Assembly (NCBI GenBank): GCA_003602575.1
Contig: QQRY01000059.1
Coordinates: 145 to 64,144 of the forward strand
Direction: 5' to 3'
Length of the DNA: 64,000 nucleotides
From: Candidatus Poseidoniales archaeon
GTDB lineage: Archaea; Thermoplasmatota; Poseidoniia; Poseidoniales; Poseidoniaceae
The stretch's first letter is position 1; each line of letters starts with the position of its first letter. The position numbers and the translations under genes are program-made. Below, piece after piece: positions 37,568-47,822 of the stretch. The notes beneath the pieces are model-generated. The model saw only the letters and a program-made list of their open reading frames with translations, had not been told where the DNA came from and searched no databases.

Positions 37568-40500
37568 TCACTGATAGGGATTTTCACCTGGTGAATTTGC
37601 ATGTTGTTGTGAAGCATAAGCAGCCGCTTGAGCTTGGTTGAGCCTAGGTAATGACTTTTGGTTTTGAGGAATATTTCTAGGGTTTTGTGGCTTACGCAGT
37701 CCAAAAATAAGGAGACCTATCAGTGCGACAGTGAATATAAAAATTATAACCAGAAGAATCGGATTAATCTCACTAAATCCTCCTAGAAGTCCACCTGAAG
37801 ATTCTTCCTCAACATAGAAGGTGTCTGTCTGAGCAGTCGGGCCATTAATGATTACAAACTCAATCCACATTGTACCTTCTCTGTCGGGGCTCCACTGATG
37901 TGAAAATATTCCAGTCCCACCCGATTGTATTTCGATTTCTTGTGCATGAATCCTAGTTCTTGCACCATTGCTTTCCACTCTCTCTACAATAAGTTGAGCA
38001 AAACCAGAAGCTTCACCTGAATTTTTAATCAATACTGCCAGTTCTACATTTTCGCCTACTGAGATGTCTCGTGATGGTGAAATCTCTGGTTCTTGGAATA
38101 CGAACTCTGGAACTTGCTGCTCTAATTGCCAAATACTCAAAGGTGCATCAATTGCATTGAATTCTGAACTTATATCCTGTCCAGACATATCCTTCCCAGT
38201 AACCCAAATTCGAAGCTCTAATGCTTGATTTCGTTCTTCTTCAAGAATTGCATCTTGTAAGTTTAGTGAAGCAAATAATGGAATTTCTTGCCCATATGGT
38301 TTACCACCTAATAATTCAAGGTTAGATGAACCATTGACTACACTATTAGTCAACATACCAAATCCGGATGGATGAACTTCCCAGTTAAGTTGTAGTGAGT
38401 CAACATCTAAATAATCAGATTCAGAAATTAATAGTTCAATTTCAAGTTCAGACCAATCGGATTCATAAATTAACTCATTGACTGCAGGATGATTAATTTT
38501 AACCATCTCTGGAGGAGAATCATCAATGACAAACCACATTAGAGGGTTAACTGGTTGTTTAATCGATGCACCATTAGGAGAGTTACGAAGAGACACCTCG
38601 AAATAATAAGAATTCGTAATCAGAGGAGATATGATAGTACCGTTAAAAGAACCATTAACGAAATCTACTTGTGCTTGGTTTCCACCAATTTCAAACAATA
38701 AATCCAGTGATTGGTTGACACTTCTACCAGTCATCGACCAAACTATCTCGCCCACGACATTCACATCTTCACGTGGTTGTACCCAGTGAGCATCGCCGGA
38801 TAGCAACTGATTATTTACTGTAAATTCTAAAGATGATTTGTCTATTGACATCTCACCCGAGAATCTCCAATCCAAATCATATAACTCCAAGAGGGTCGAT
38901 TGACCGTTCAAATCTGAAATCATTATGCTAGGTCTTCGATAGATACTGTCATCTGGATCAAAGCCCCATTGTAATTTGAAATCAATAATAAATTTACCAT
39001 TTGATGCAAATATATCATCTCCTGAATCACTAACTATTCTACAACTCTCGATGCTTATGTAAAGTGTTGATGCTGTACAGACATTGCCGTCTCGGTCCCA
39101 AATGATTGTAGAATCATCAGGTTGATTAGATGATAAATCGAATTCAATATGATTGATATCTGTTATTCCATTCTTATCCCAAATCGGGATTTCTAAATTT
39201 ATCATTTCACCTGGATGTAGCCATGTATCAGGCCCGAGGCCCCAAGTCAATGGGTCATAGCCTAATTGTGGTGAACCGTCGTTGCTAATCTGAAGGTGGT
39301 ACAATGGAGATGTAGAATTACCAGAATTCGAAAGTAAATTACCTGCTGAATCTGCAATTTCTAGCCAACCGATGGAATATGAGCCATCATTTGCTTGAGA
39401 TGTATCCAAATCGAATCCATAATTTCCTTGTAACAATGTCAAATCATTTGGTTGTATAAGATCACTGACTTGTACTTCTTCAATCTGCATCAAATTATCA
39501 TTATTAGAGTCATGCTCCCAAGAATTCCAGAAATTAATTTTTGCATGTGTAGGTAAAACCGGTCGGTCTGAAATGGTAAATTCTAATTGAGTTGAAGGAG
39601 ATGCTTCAACATGGTCGTATTCATCTATATTCATGTACAATAATTCTGGCGAAATGGAATCAAAACCGAAATTCGCTGAACTAGGTACCTGATAAGATAC
39701 AGCCTGACCTTGGAGAGGCATTAGTTCTAATTCGACCAAAACATTACTTTCATCAGATGGAACAACCCAAGGAATCGAAACGATTCCATCATTGATAATT
39801 GTGGATGTAGAATATTCATTACCTTCAATCAATAATCTAACCAATACTTGGCCAGTCCTAGGCGATGACATCTCGCTACCTTCAAAACCTAATTCTGCAA
39901 TAACAGTGACCGGCTCACCAGATTTTAGATATGGATAATCATTATCAGAATTTATTCCATTTAGTCCTTCAACATACCAATCGTTCAGAGAAATATCATT
40001 CTCAACTCCATTTGAGTTACCCAGTCCAAACAATTTGCTAACAGGAAGCATAGGTCCGCTGGATGATACCAAATTTGCAGATACCACTAGAGACTCTTCA
40101 TCATCCCACTGAATAGGGAACTTGAATCTGTGATTAAATTGAAGAATTGTCCCACTTTCTACCATTGAAATACTTCCACTTTGGCCTAAATCGCTCCACA
40201 TAAGTCCAACACCTGATTGAATACAAGAAGTAATTCCATTGCCGTATAGAGGCATTGACAAAATAGGGCATCTAATTTGACTACTATGGTCTTGTCCTAC
40301 CAAATTTAAATCAATCAACCAAGAATTAGAACGAGAATAATCTCCAGGGTTAGTAATTCCAATTCCCGAAAAGTCGAAGGTACTAACCACATCTATCCAA
40401 TCTACTGATGGAGTGAAAGTATCTGTGACGTTAACGACCTCTAGAGATACTGGGATAACAGATGCTTGTGAAGTGATTCCATTTACTGTTAGAACAATGG

Positions 40501-42538
40501 AACCGGTCCCCAACATCCTAACAGGCAGTGAAACTTCTTTACTTCCAGAAACCGAAATAACTGACCCTAATTGATTATTTACTCCCAAAACTAAACTATC
40601 GGTTGCCAAGAAGTCAAGTGTGATAGAATCGTCATATATAGCCATCAATCCACCCATGTGAACGTTGGTTGAAGTTGATGATGAGCCGATTTTAATCGCA
40701 ACTTCAACGAAATTCAATCCATTGAGATTAATCGAGTAAACAGCCTGAGAAAGGGCAGTGTTGATATTTGAAATATCTCCTGCTGATAATTTAATATCCT
40801 GAACCGAAGTCATAGTGTCCAATGTCTTGGTAAGAATATCCTGCCCTCCAACTGTAACTGTCAAGTATGGATTAATCATTGCAACTCCCGGACTTGCTGC
40901 GACAAAATTGAAAGATTCAATTCCTGAAGATGGCATCATTACTGAAAAGTAAGAAGGAGTAGATGGGGTAGATGGGGATTCTTTCCACAAAGAATCATCA
41001 CTAAATCTATCTTGAATTCCAAGCCTACCAATTCCAGTTTTATCCATAGACCAGTCGGCAAATCCATCAAGACCAATATCTATTTCCAAACCATCTGCAA
41101 CACTAGTTCTAACCAATTCAACATCGAACGTATCCAATGCCCAATTGCCACCAGTTCCAAAAACTCTAAAATGCACTGAGAAATGTGGTTTATCTAGAGT
41201 TTGGAATACATTATTCACCAGGCTGCTCCATGTTTGACCTGAATCTAAACTATACTCAAGTCTAGCTGAACCAGTTAAACTAGTATTAGACTTCATTCCA
41301 ACAAAACCGCTTCTAACTAAGAATTCAGGAGAAGTGGCTGTACCTGATCCACTGATTTGTTCATTAATCCAGTTTGAACTTTGTAGTAGCCATCCTCTAT
41401 CTGCCGGACTAGTAGCGAAATCGTCAACCATTAAACCTTCAAAATGTATACCATTAATTTCTGGTAAAGTACCAGAAGTGGTTTCCATGTAAACAAATAT
41501 TTTAGCCATAGGATATGTTTCCCAATCTATCATTCCCAAATCTAGAGAAGTTACAGTTAAATCTTCAAACCCTGGAATTGTTAGATTGGTTGATGCATCA
41601 ACTAAATCCCATTCAAAAACCGCATCATCTGGAATATATGCATCCATGTACATGAAACCAAAATTGCGAATCTCTCCTTGACCCGTAGCTTCAGGGCCAA
41701 ATGGTTCAGACATCCAGTACCCATCGCCATTTCCTGCACCTCCGGCAGGCGTGATAACAATCTCATCAACCCAAGCGGTATCCGAGCCAGAGTTCACACT
41801 TCCATCCTTAGTGTATGACCAAGTTAGTGTTGATATGGAGGAAGTGATAGAAAATGAGTGCGTTCCTGTAGCAGAGCCAGACCATTGGTTAGTGTATGAA
41901 TATCGAGAACAAGCAGTGTTATCAATGCAAAAATTAAGATAATCAAAACTACCTTCAGAAGATACTTGATAATTGAATGTCCCCGTACCTGCTGGTAAAG
42001 AAGATACATCTAAAGTCATAGAAGTCACTTGATTATGGGTGATAGTTCCCGCTTTAGCAGTCTTCGAACCAACAAGCACATTTGAACTTTGAATTGCCCA
42101 GTTAGATATTCCACTCAATGTCCAATCCGGTGAAAATGAGCCTGATTCAAAATCCCATTTCCATTCTTGAGGCAATAATGATAGTGAAGTACCATTTACA
42201 TCAACTCCGGAATAATTTTGTGAGGCTGAAAAATCATTTGCATCTGTCAAAGAAAAGGCAGTTGAAGTTGGAAGAGAAGACGATTCCACTCCTAAACTCA
42301 ATGTTTGAACTACTTCGCCATCTGGGACTGAAACTGAAACTTTCTCTACCGCACCATCGGGGAATGAACCTATAGACACAGTAGTTCCTTGGCCAATGGG
42401 TGTTGTTGAATCGATGTCAAAATCCGACAATACCGAAATTTCTGGTGATTTTTCGGTAATTACTGGCATTTGGGAAGAAAGAATGAACAACATCACAATC
42501 CCGACGGCCGAAAAAATACCGCGATTCATCAGTCCCAT
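37568..42538 (-). CDS. Very large secreted surface protein (beta-rich, C-terminal CARDB-like domain and TM anchor)
   Basis: Signal peptide; Ser/Thr/Asp-rich beta repeats; IKNSGEASG; TM PILLVIIFIFTVALIGLLIFGL. Confidence 0.8.
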   Translation of the reverse strand: MGLMNRGIFSAVGIVMLFILSSQMPVITEKSPEISVLSDFDIDSTTPIGQGTTVSIGSFPDGAVEKVSVSVPDGEVVQTLSLGVESSSLPTSTAFSLTDANDFSASQNYSGVDVNGTSLSLLPQEWKWDFESGSFSPDWTLSGISNWAIQSSNVLVGSKTAKAGTITHNQVTSMTLDVSSLPAGTGTFNYQVSSEGSFDYLNFCIDNTACSRYSYTNQWSGSATGTHSFSITSSISTLTWSYTKDGSVNSGSDTAWVDEIVITPAGGAGNGDGYWMSEPFGPEATGQGEIRNFGFMYMDAYIPDDAVFEWDLVDASTNLTIPGFEDLTVTSLDLGMIDWETYPMAKIFVYMETTSGTLPEINGIHFEGLMVDDFATSPADRGWLLQSSNWINEQISGSGTATSPEFLVRSGFVGMKSNTSLTGSARLEYSLDSGQTWSSLVNNVFQTLDKPHFSVHFRVFGTGGNWALDTFDVELVRTSVADGLEIDIGLDGFADWSMDKTGIGRLGIQDRFSDDSLWKESPSTPSTPSYFSVMMPSSGIESFNFVAASPGVAMINPYLTVTVGGQDILTKTLDTMTSVQDIKLSAGDISNINTALSQAVYSINLNGLNFVEVAIKIGSSSTSTNVHMGGLMAIYDDSITLDFLATDSLVLGVNNQLGSVISVSGSKEVSLPVRMLGTGSIVLTVNGITSQASVIPVSLEVVNVTDTFTPSVDWIDVVSTFDFSGIGITNPGDYSRSNSWLIDLNLVGQDHSSQIRCPILSMPLYGNGITSCIQSGVGLMWSDLGQSGSISMVESGTILQFNHRFKFPIQWDDEESLVVSANLVSSSGPMLPVSKLFGLGNSNGVENDISLNDWYVEGLNGINSDNDYPYLKSGEPVTVIAELGFEGSEMSSPRTGQVLVRLLIEGNEYSTSTIINDGIVSIPWVVPSDESNVLVELELMPLQGQAVSYQVPSSANFGFDSISPELLYMNIDEYDHVEASPSTQLEFTISDRPVLPTHAKINFWNSWEHDSNNDNLMQIEEVQVSDLIQPNDLTLLQGNYGFDLDTSQANDGSYSIGWLEIADSAGNLLSNSGNSTSPLYHLQISNDGSPQLGYDPLTWGLGPDTWLHPGEMINLEIPIWDKNGITDINHIEFDLSSNQPDDSTIIWDRDGNVCTASTLYISIESCRIVSDSGDDIFASNGKFIIDFKLQWGFDPDDSIYRRPSIMISDLNGQSTLLELYDLDWRFSGEMSIDKSSLEFTVNNQLLSGDAHWVQPREDVNVVGEIVWSMTGRSVNQSLDLLFEIGGNQAQVDFVNGSFNGTIISPLITNSYYFEVSLRNSPNGASIKQPVNPLMWFVIDDSPPEMVKINHPAVNELIYESDWSELEIELLISESDYLDVDSLQLNWEVHPSGFGMLTNSVVNGSSNLELLGGKPYGQEIPLFASLNLQDAILEEERNQALELRIWVTGKDMSGQDISSEFNAIDAPLSIWQLEQQVPEFVFQEPEISPSRDISVGENVELAVLIKNSGEASGFAQLIVERVESNGARTRIHAQEIEIQSGGTGIFSHQWSPDREGTMWIEFVIINGPTAQTDTFYVEEESSGGLLGGFSEINPILLVIIFIFTVALIGLLIFGLRKPQNPRNIPQNQKSLPRLNQAQAAAYASQQHANSPGENPYQ

Positions 42539-42646
42539 GTCTACTTTGACGCGTACTGGTAGGTCAAAAGATTTCGCTATATTTTAACATCTAAACATTT
42601 TCAGATTTAAAGAAATTATCAAAGGCCCAGCCACATTACAACAAAT

Positions 42647-43348
42647 ATGGAAGATGTCGAATTGCTGAAGAGAAATGCTGGCATTGCCGCATGTAAATTT
42701 GTCAAAAATAAAATGAAAGTTGGACTGGGAACTGGATCTACTGTCAAACACACCGTTATTGAGTTAGGTCGAATGATAAAGGAAGAAGGTCTTGAAATCG
42801 TAGGAGTTCCAACCTCATTGGCTACTGAAAAATTAGCCCTAGAAGTAGGAATACCTCTTGTCGAACTTTCTGATGTCAATTCATTGGATATTGTAATAGA
42901 TGGAGCAGATGAATTCGACCCTGATTTTCAATTAATAAAAGGCGGAGGAGCAGCATTACTAAGAGAAAAAATTGTGGCTCAAGAATCAAAAGCTATGGTC
43001 GTAGTTGCTGATGAAAGAAAACGTGTCTCTAAATTAGGGGCGTTTCCGCTGCCAATCGAGATAACACCATTTGCTTACCAATCTACTATCCGTAAACTAA
43101 CTAATTTGCTTGACTGTAGAGTCAATTGTAGAATGTCGGGCGATAATCCAGTCATAACAGATAATGGTAATTTGATTGCTGATGCACATTGCGGACCATC
43201 GATTGAAGAACCAAGAAAGGTTGAAAATGAAATTTTGATGATCGCTGGAGTTGTTCAAGTTGGCTTGTTCAACGATATGTGTGATGCTGTGATACTTGCT
43301 GGAAACAATGGTGTTGAAGAAATAATTAACCCGAATGGCCGCCTATAA
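42647..43348 (+). CDS. rpiA: Ribose-5-phosphate isomerase A
   Basis: GLGTGST, DGADE, KGGGAALLREK. Confidence 0.96.
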   Translation: MEDVELLKRNAGIAACKFVKNKMKVGLGTGSTVKHTVIELGRMIKEEGLEIVGVPTSLATEKLALEVGIPLVELSDVNSLDIVIDGADEFDPDFQLIKGGGAALLREKIVAQESKAMVVVADERKRVSKLGAFPLPIEITPFAYQSTIRKLTNLLDCRVNCRMSGDNPVITDNGNLIADAHCGPSIEEPRKVENEILMIAGVVQVGLFNDMCDAVILAGNNGVEEIINPNGRL

Positions 43349-43397
43349 TTGAAATAAACAAATCAATGATTAAATACGGGTGTTAAGACGCTTGGTT

Positions 43398-43471
43398 GGG
43401 CCTGTAGCTTAGTCAGGTAGAGCGACGGACTCTTAATCCGTCGGTCGCGGGTTCGAACCCCGTCAGGCCCG
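43398..43471 (+). tRNA. tRNA-Lys (CTT)
   Basis: GGGCCTG...ACGGA-CTCTTAA-TCCGT...GTTCGAA...CAGGCCC-G cloverleaf. Confidence 0.96.
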
Positions 43472-43472
43472 C

Positions 43473-43763
43473 CTAACCACGATTAATTCCCAATACGTTA
43501 TTTTTAGAAACAAATCCAAAATTATGTGAATCTTCTGAAGATGTTGGATCTGGATTATCGCCTACAACCCACAAATCACCTTCTTGATTGATTTTTTGTA
43601 TTCTCTTAATTATTGTCAAATTACTATTGAACGGATGTAAAAAAACAATTATTTCACCAATAAATAGTTCTTGACCAACATACTCTTCGCATTCAATAAC
43701 TTGCCCGTCATCTAAAACCGGCCACATACTGTGGCCTGAAACAACAACTTGGATGTTTTTCAT
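43473..43763 (-). CDS. sodX: Nickel-SOD maturation protease (S26-like)
   Basis: V.G.SMWP.L, IIKRI, GDNP..S.DS..FG; directly downstream of sodN. Confidence 0.9.
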   Translation of the reverse strand: MKNIQVVVSGHSMWPVLDDGQVIECEEYVGQELFIGEIIVFLHPFNSNLTIIKRIQKINQEGDLWVVGDNPDPTSSEDSHNFGFVSKNNVLGINRG

Positions 43764-43769
43764 CAACAA

Positions 43770-44204
43770 TCAACTTGCACGAATCCAAGGAACTTCTTTG
43801 CCCTTGACCGCCCAAAACATGTTATGGATACCTTCGATAGCATCCATCAATTCTTGTGCATGTTCCGCTGAAACTTCTACCTTACATGCACTGCAAAGTT
43901 TTGCAGCCTTCCAAAAAGTATCATGAAGGTCAGGGATGGATTCCAAGTGTTGAGGCTTGAAGAAATCTGTCCAGAGAACCAATAACTCATCCTTGCACTT
44001 CTGAGCCTCTTCCTCTTTGATCGATGCATAACGGCTCATTGTATTGAGATAAGTTGCTGAACCGCTGTTATCTGAATGGTTTTGAGCTAGTGTTAGCATT
44101 TTCTTGGTCATAGATTGTACTGCTTCTCCTGCTACTCTTGCACTTGCTGGGTCGTATACTCCACACGGCCCATCACAATGCGCCTCTGCTATAATTGCTG
44201 ACAT
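43770..44204 (-). CDS. sodN: Nickel superoxide dismutase precursor
   Basis: Ni-hook AHCDGPCGVYDP; IKEEEA..CK.ELLVLWTDFFKP. Confidence 0.96.
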   Translation of the reverse strand: MSAIIAEAHCDGPCGVYDPASARVAGEAVQSMTKKMLTLAQNHSDNSGSATYLNTMSRYASIKEEEAQKCKDELLVLWTDFFKPQHLESIPDLHDTFWKAAKLCSACKVEVSAEHAQELMDAIEGIHNMFWAVKGKEVPWIRAS

Positions 44205-44247
44205 ATATCATCCCAGACCTAGGAGTCATATCAATTTAATGATTGAA

Positions 44248-45159
44248 TCACTTTACTACAATCGTTGTTCCTTCTTCCCCTTTTAACGCTTTTAGAGCAT
44301 CCCCTGGTTGGCAAAGAATTGATTTGAGATTGGGATTGTGTAAAGTTGCTTCTACTAAACTACCGATTTTGGGAGCCATTGAGCCCTTTGGAAATTCTCC
44401 TTTTGAAGTAAATTCTTCACACTGGTCAATGGTTAAAATCCGGTGTGATGTTTCTTGTTCGGTTCCAAATCCGGTTTTGACACAATCGATTGCTGTCGAA
44501 ATAATTAATGCATCAGCGTTAAGTTTTATTGCCAATAATGATGATAATCTATCTTTATCGATTACTGCTGGTACTCCTGAAAAATGATTCTCATGACGAA
44601 CAACTGGGATACCGCCACCACCTCCACATATTACGACTGCTTTCAGTTCCACTAATTTTCTGATAACCTCAAGGTCTAGAACATTCATTGGAAGAGGGCT
44701 TGCAACTACTCTTCTCGGACCTAACTTAGTTTCTGCTATATCCCAATCAGCAGACATCACTACTTGGTCGGATAGAACTGGACCTACTGGTTTTGTCGGG
44801 AATTTAAAGCCATTATCAGATGGATCAACCTCGACCCTAGTAACTACACAGACTGTCCTTTCTGGCCGCCTTCTCTTATTCAAAATTGAATCTAGATTCA
44901 AAGAAAGTGAATGACCTATCATGCCCTGTGTTGCAGCAACCCAAGAATCCATGGTTTGTGAAATATTTTGATCTAATTGCATCAGATGACCTACTTGAGG
45001 GCCATTGCCGTGTGTTAAAACTACGCTCCAACCAGCTTCCAGTAAGTCCACAACATCGCTCATCACTCTGGCAAGAACCTCTTCACTTTTACCATCTTCA
45101 TCCCCAGTAGGCGAAGATAGAGCATTCCCCCCAATTGCATATACTGCAACACGATTCAT
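44248..45159 (-). CDS. arcC: Carbamate kinase
   Basis: AIGGNAL, THGNGPQVG, PTKPVG, RRVVASP, GGGGIP, AVIDKD, GSMAPK. Confidence 0.95.
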   Translation of the reverse strand: MNRVAVYAIGGNALSSPTGDEDGKSEEVLARVMSDVVDLLEAGWSVVLTHGNGPQVGHLMQLDQNISQTMDSWVAATQGMIGHSLSLNLDSILNKRRRPERTVCVVTRVEVDPSDNGFKFPTKPVGPVLSDQVVMSADWDIAETKLGPRRVVASPLPMNVLDLEVIRKLVELKAVVICGGGGGIPVVRHENHFSGVPAVIDKDRLSSLLAIKLNADALIISTAIDCVKTGFGTEQETSHRILTIDQCEEFTSKGEFPKGSMAPKIGSLVEATLHNPNLKSILCQPGDALKALKGEEGTTIVVK

Positions 45160-45295
45160 ACCTATTGCCAACAGCGATATAGTTTGAGTATTTCCTATAT
45201 ATGATTAATAAAATTGCTTTTTTACAACCTCTAGAAATGTTCCAACTTGGGTGACATTGAATTATACCTATCTTTAGGGTTAATTGGGCGAGAGT

Positions 45296-46624
45296 ATGAA
45301 GACTACGTGGATTGGAGATGTACAATCGGGTCAGCATGATGATAAAGAAGTTGAATTGAAGGGTTGGGTGAAGCGTTCTCGCGGTTCTAATAAAATCCGA
45401 TTTATTGTACTTCGAGATTCGACTGGAACAATTCAGTGCGTGGCAAAAAGAGATGTCTTGGGAGATGAAAGTTTTGAACAAATTAAATCAGCACTCATAG
45501 AGTCATCAATTATTCTCAAGGGTATTGTTAACGTTGATGAACGCTCAGAAGGTGGTCATGAACTTGTTGTTAATTCAGCAGAGGTCATTGGTCCTGTAAA
45601 TCCTGAAACTCCTTTCCCAATTACTGAATCTGCAATGGCTGCAGCAGATGGTGGAGAAACTGAATTCCTTTTGGATAATCGACATCTATACCTTCGAACT
45701 TCTAGAATGACTACTATGTTGAAAATTCGTAGTTCTGTTTTTGGTGCAATCCATTCATACTTTAGAGACAGAGATTTCCTCGAATACCAAGCCCCCAACT
45801 TTGTTGCTGGAGCAGTCGAAGGTGGCTCAACACTTTTCGAAGTACCTTACTTTGGTAGAAAGGCATACCTAACTCAATCATGGCAACTTTATGCCGAAGC
45901 GGCAATGCCAGCTTTGGAAAGATTGTATACAATAGCGCCTTCATTCCGTGCAGAAAAGTCTAGAACTAGAAGACATTTAACAGAATTTTGGCATGCTGAA
46001 ATGGAAATGGCATGGGCAACAAATGATGAAATTATGAATCATGGAGAAGGCGTGGTTCGTCACATATCATCTACTCTCCTCGATGAGAGAAGTGATGAAC
46101 TTCAATCTCTAGGTCGAGACCTAGATTTAATCGGACGTTTTGCCGACTCACCTTATCCAAGAATGCGATATGATGAGGCAGTTGAAACTCTTCAAGGACT
46201 TGGAGTAGAAATTGAATGGGGACAGGATTTGGATTACTCGAAAGAGAAAATTTTGACACAAGACTTCGACGTACCGCACTTCTTGACTCACTATCCGAAA
46301 ATCGCCAAACCATTCTATCATAGAGTTGATCCTGGTGATGAAAAATATGTTCTTTGCCACGACCTACTAGCCCCAGAAGGATATGGAGAAATAATCGGTG
46401 GCGGAGAAAGAACTTGGTCAGAAGAAGAAATTTTAGCGAGAATTGATGAAGAAGGTACACCTAGAGAGCCTTATCAATTTTATATCGATACTAGAACCTA
46501 TGGAGGTGTACCTCACGGTGGTTTTGGACTTGGAGTGGATAGGGTTTGCTCCTGGCTTAGCGGTGCTGACCATATTAGAGAAGTAATACCATTCCCTAGA
46601 GATTCAAGAAGAGTTACACCTTAG
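45296..46624 (+). CDS. asnS: Asparagine--tRNA ligase
   Basis: OB domain; AYLTQSWQLY; FRAEKSRTRRHLTEFWH; PHGGFGLG.DR. Confidence 0.88.
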   Translation: MKTTWIGDVQSGQHDDKEVELKGWVKRSRGSNKIRFIVLRDSTGTIQCVAKRDVLGDESFEQIKSALIESSIILKGIVNVDERSEGGHELVVNSAEVIGPVNPETPFPITESAMAAADGGETEFLLDNRHLYLRTSRMTTMLKIRSSVFGAIHSYFRDRDFLEYQAPNFVAGAVEGGSTLFEVPYFGRKAYLTQSWQLYAEAAMPALERLYTIAPSFRAEKSRTRRHLTEFWHAEMEMAWATNDEIMNHGEGVVRHISSTLLDERSDELQSLGRDLDLIGRFADSPYPRMRYDEAVETLQGLGVEIEWGQDLDYSKEKILTQDFDVPHFLTHYPKIAKPFYHRVDPGDEKYVLCHDLLAPEGYGEIIGGGERTWSEEEILARIDEEGTPREPYQFYIDTRTYGGVPHGGFGLGVDRVCSWLSGADHIREVIPFPRDSRRVTP

Positions 46625-46632
46625 GTGATTTG

Positions 46633-47676
46633 ATGAGTGACGTTATTGCACTTGGGTGCGGTTTGGTTGGAAAATTTGTAATCAAAAGGTTACTAGAAAA
46701 TCAAAATACCGTCACTGTAGTAGATTTGAATATCTCTAAGGAAATTGCAAATCTAGAACAAGTAAATGCCATTGAAGGTGATGTTTTTTCAATAATTGAT
46801 TCTTTGCCAAAAAATAAAATTGTAGTCAATATGTTGCCAGGGCGAATAGGAGATAAGGTAAGACCTAAGTTGATCGAGTCAGGTCATCAAATTATTGATT
46901 TAGCATTCACTTTGGAAGACCCAATTAAATATTCTGAACTTGCCAAAATCAATAATTGCTCACTTCTTTGGGATGTTGGAATTGCTCCTGGATTATCTAA
47001 CATGTTAGTGAAAAGAGGTAGTGAGATATTGGGTGAATTAGATCTTGTCCACATTAAAGTTGGTGGCAATCCATCGGAAATGGATTCAGGCTGGTCATAT
47101 ATGGCCCCATTTTCTCCATCTGATGTTATTGAAGAATATACTAGGCCTGCTAGAATAATTGAAAATAATCAATCTGTAACTGTTCCTGCTTTATCTCAAA
47201 GGCATTTAATCGATGTTGAATACCATGGAAAGATGGAGGCATTTCTCACCGATGGCCTTAGAAGTATAATGGATTCAATACCTGCAAAAGAAATGAAAGA
47301 ATTCACAGTAAGATGGCCTGGACATATTGACAAGTGGATTAATGAAGGCATCGATATGGATGAAAAAGAACTCTTGGAGCAATGGCAATTTGATGATAGT
47401 AGAGATGAATTTACTTGGCTTGAAGTAAAGGTTCAAAAAGATGATTCGAAAATTCGTTGGATGGTTTACGATAGTGGAAAAGACGGCGCCAGTTCAATGG
47501 CAAGAACTACTGGACTGGTTACAGCTGCTTGTGCGATTTTATTCCTAGAAAAAGGACCTTTGAGTGGCTGTGGTTTGGTATCTGGGATACATCCACCTGA
47601 AAATCTCTCAAATGATTCAATTCAATATATTATTGACTATCTACAAGAAAACGGTGTTGAAATAAATCAGTATTAG
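46633..47676 (+). CDS. Saccharopine dehydrogenase / lysine 6-dehydrogenase family
   Basis: GCGLVG, GIAPGLSN, EEYTRPAR, EAFLTDGL, SSMARTTG. Confidence 0.88.
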   Translation: MSDVIALGCGLVGKFVIKRLLENQNTVTVVDLNISKEIANLEQVNAIEGDVFSIIDSLPKNKIVVNMLPGRIGDKVRPKLIESGHQIIDLAFTLEDPIKYSELAKINNCSLLWDVGIAPGLSNMLVKRGSEILGELDLVHIKVGGNPSEMDSGWSYMAPFSPSDVIEEYTRPARIIENNQSVTVPALSQRHLIDVEYHGKMEAFLTDGLRSIMDSIPAKEMKEFTVRWPGHIDKWINEGIDMDEKELLEQWQFDDSRDEFTWLEVKVQKDDSKIRWMVYDSGKDGASSMARTTGLVTAACAILFLEKGPLSGCGLVSGIHPPENLSNDSIQYIIDYLQENGVEINQY

Positions 47677-47789
47677 ATTAATTCTTCATCGCATTCTGGA
47701 CAGGGCATACCTGGTATAAATTCACCTAGGATAAAACCACAATTCGCGCAAAAAGAGGTAAGAAAGGCGTAATCATCTACAGAGGACAT
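47673..47789 (-). CDS. 38-aa Zn-ribbon micro-protein (not in ORF track)
   Basis: MSSVDDYAFLTSFCANCGFILGEFIPGMPCPECDEELI; CxxCG...CPxC; fills the intergenic gap. Confidence 0.7.
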   Translation of the reverse strand: MSSVDDYAFLTSFCANCGFILGEFIPGMPCPECDEELI

Positions 47790-47822
47790 GACATCTTCTA
47801 TGCACTAGATTAAATAAAACTT

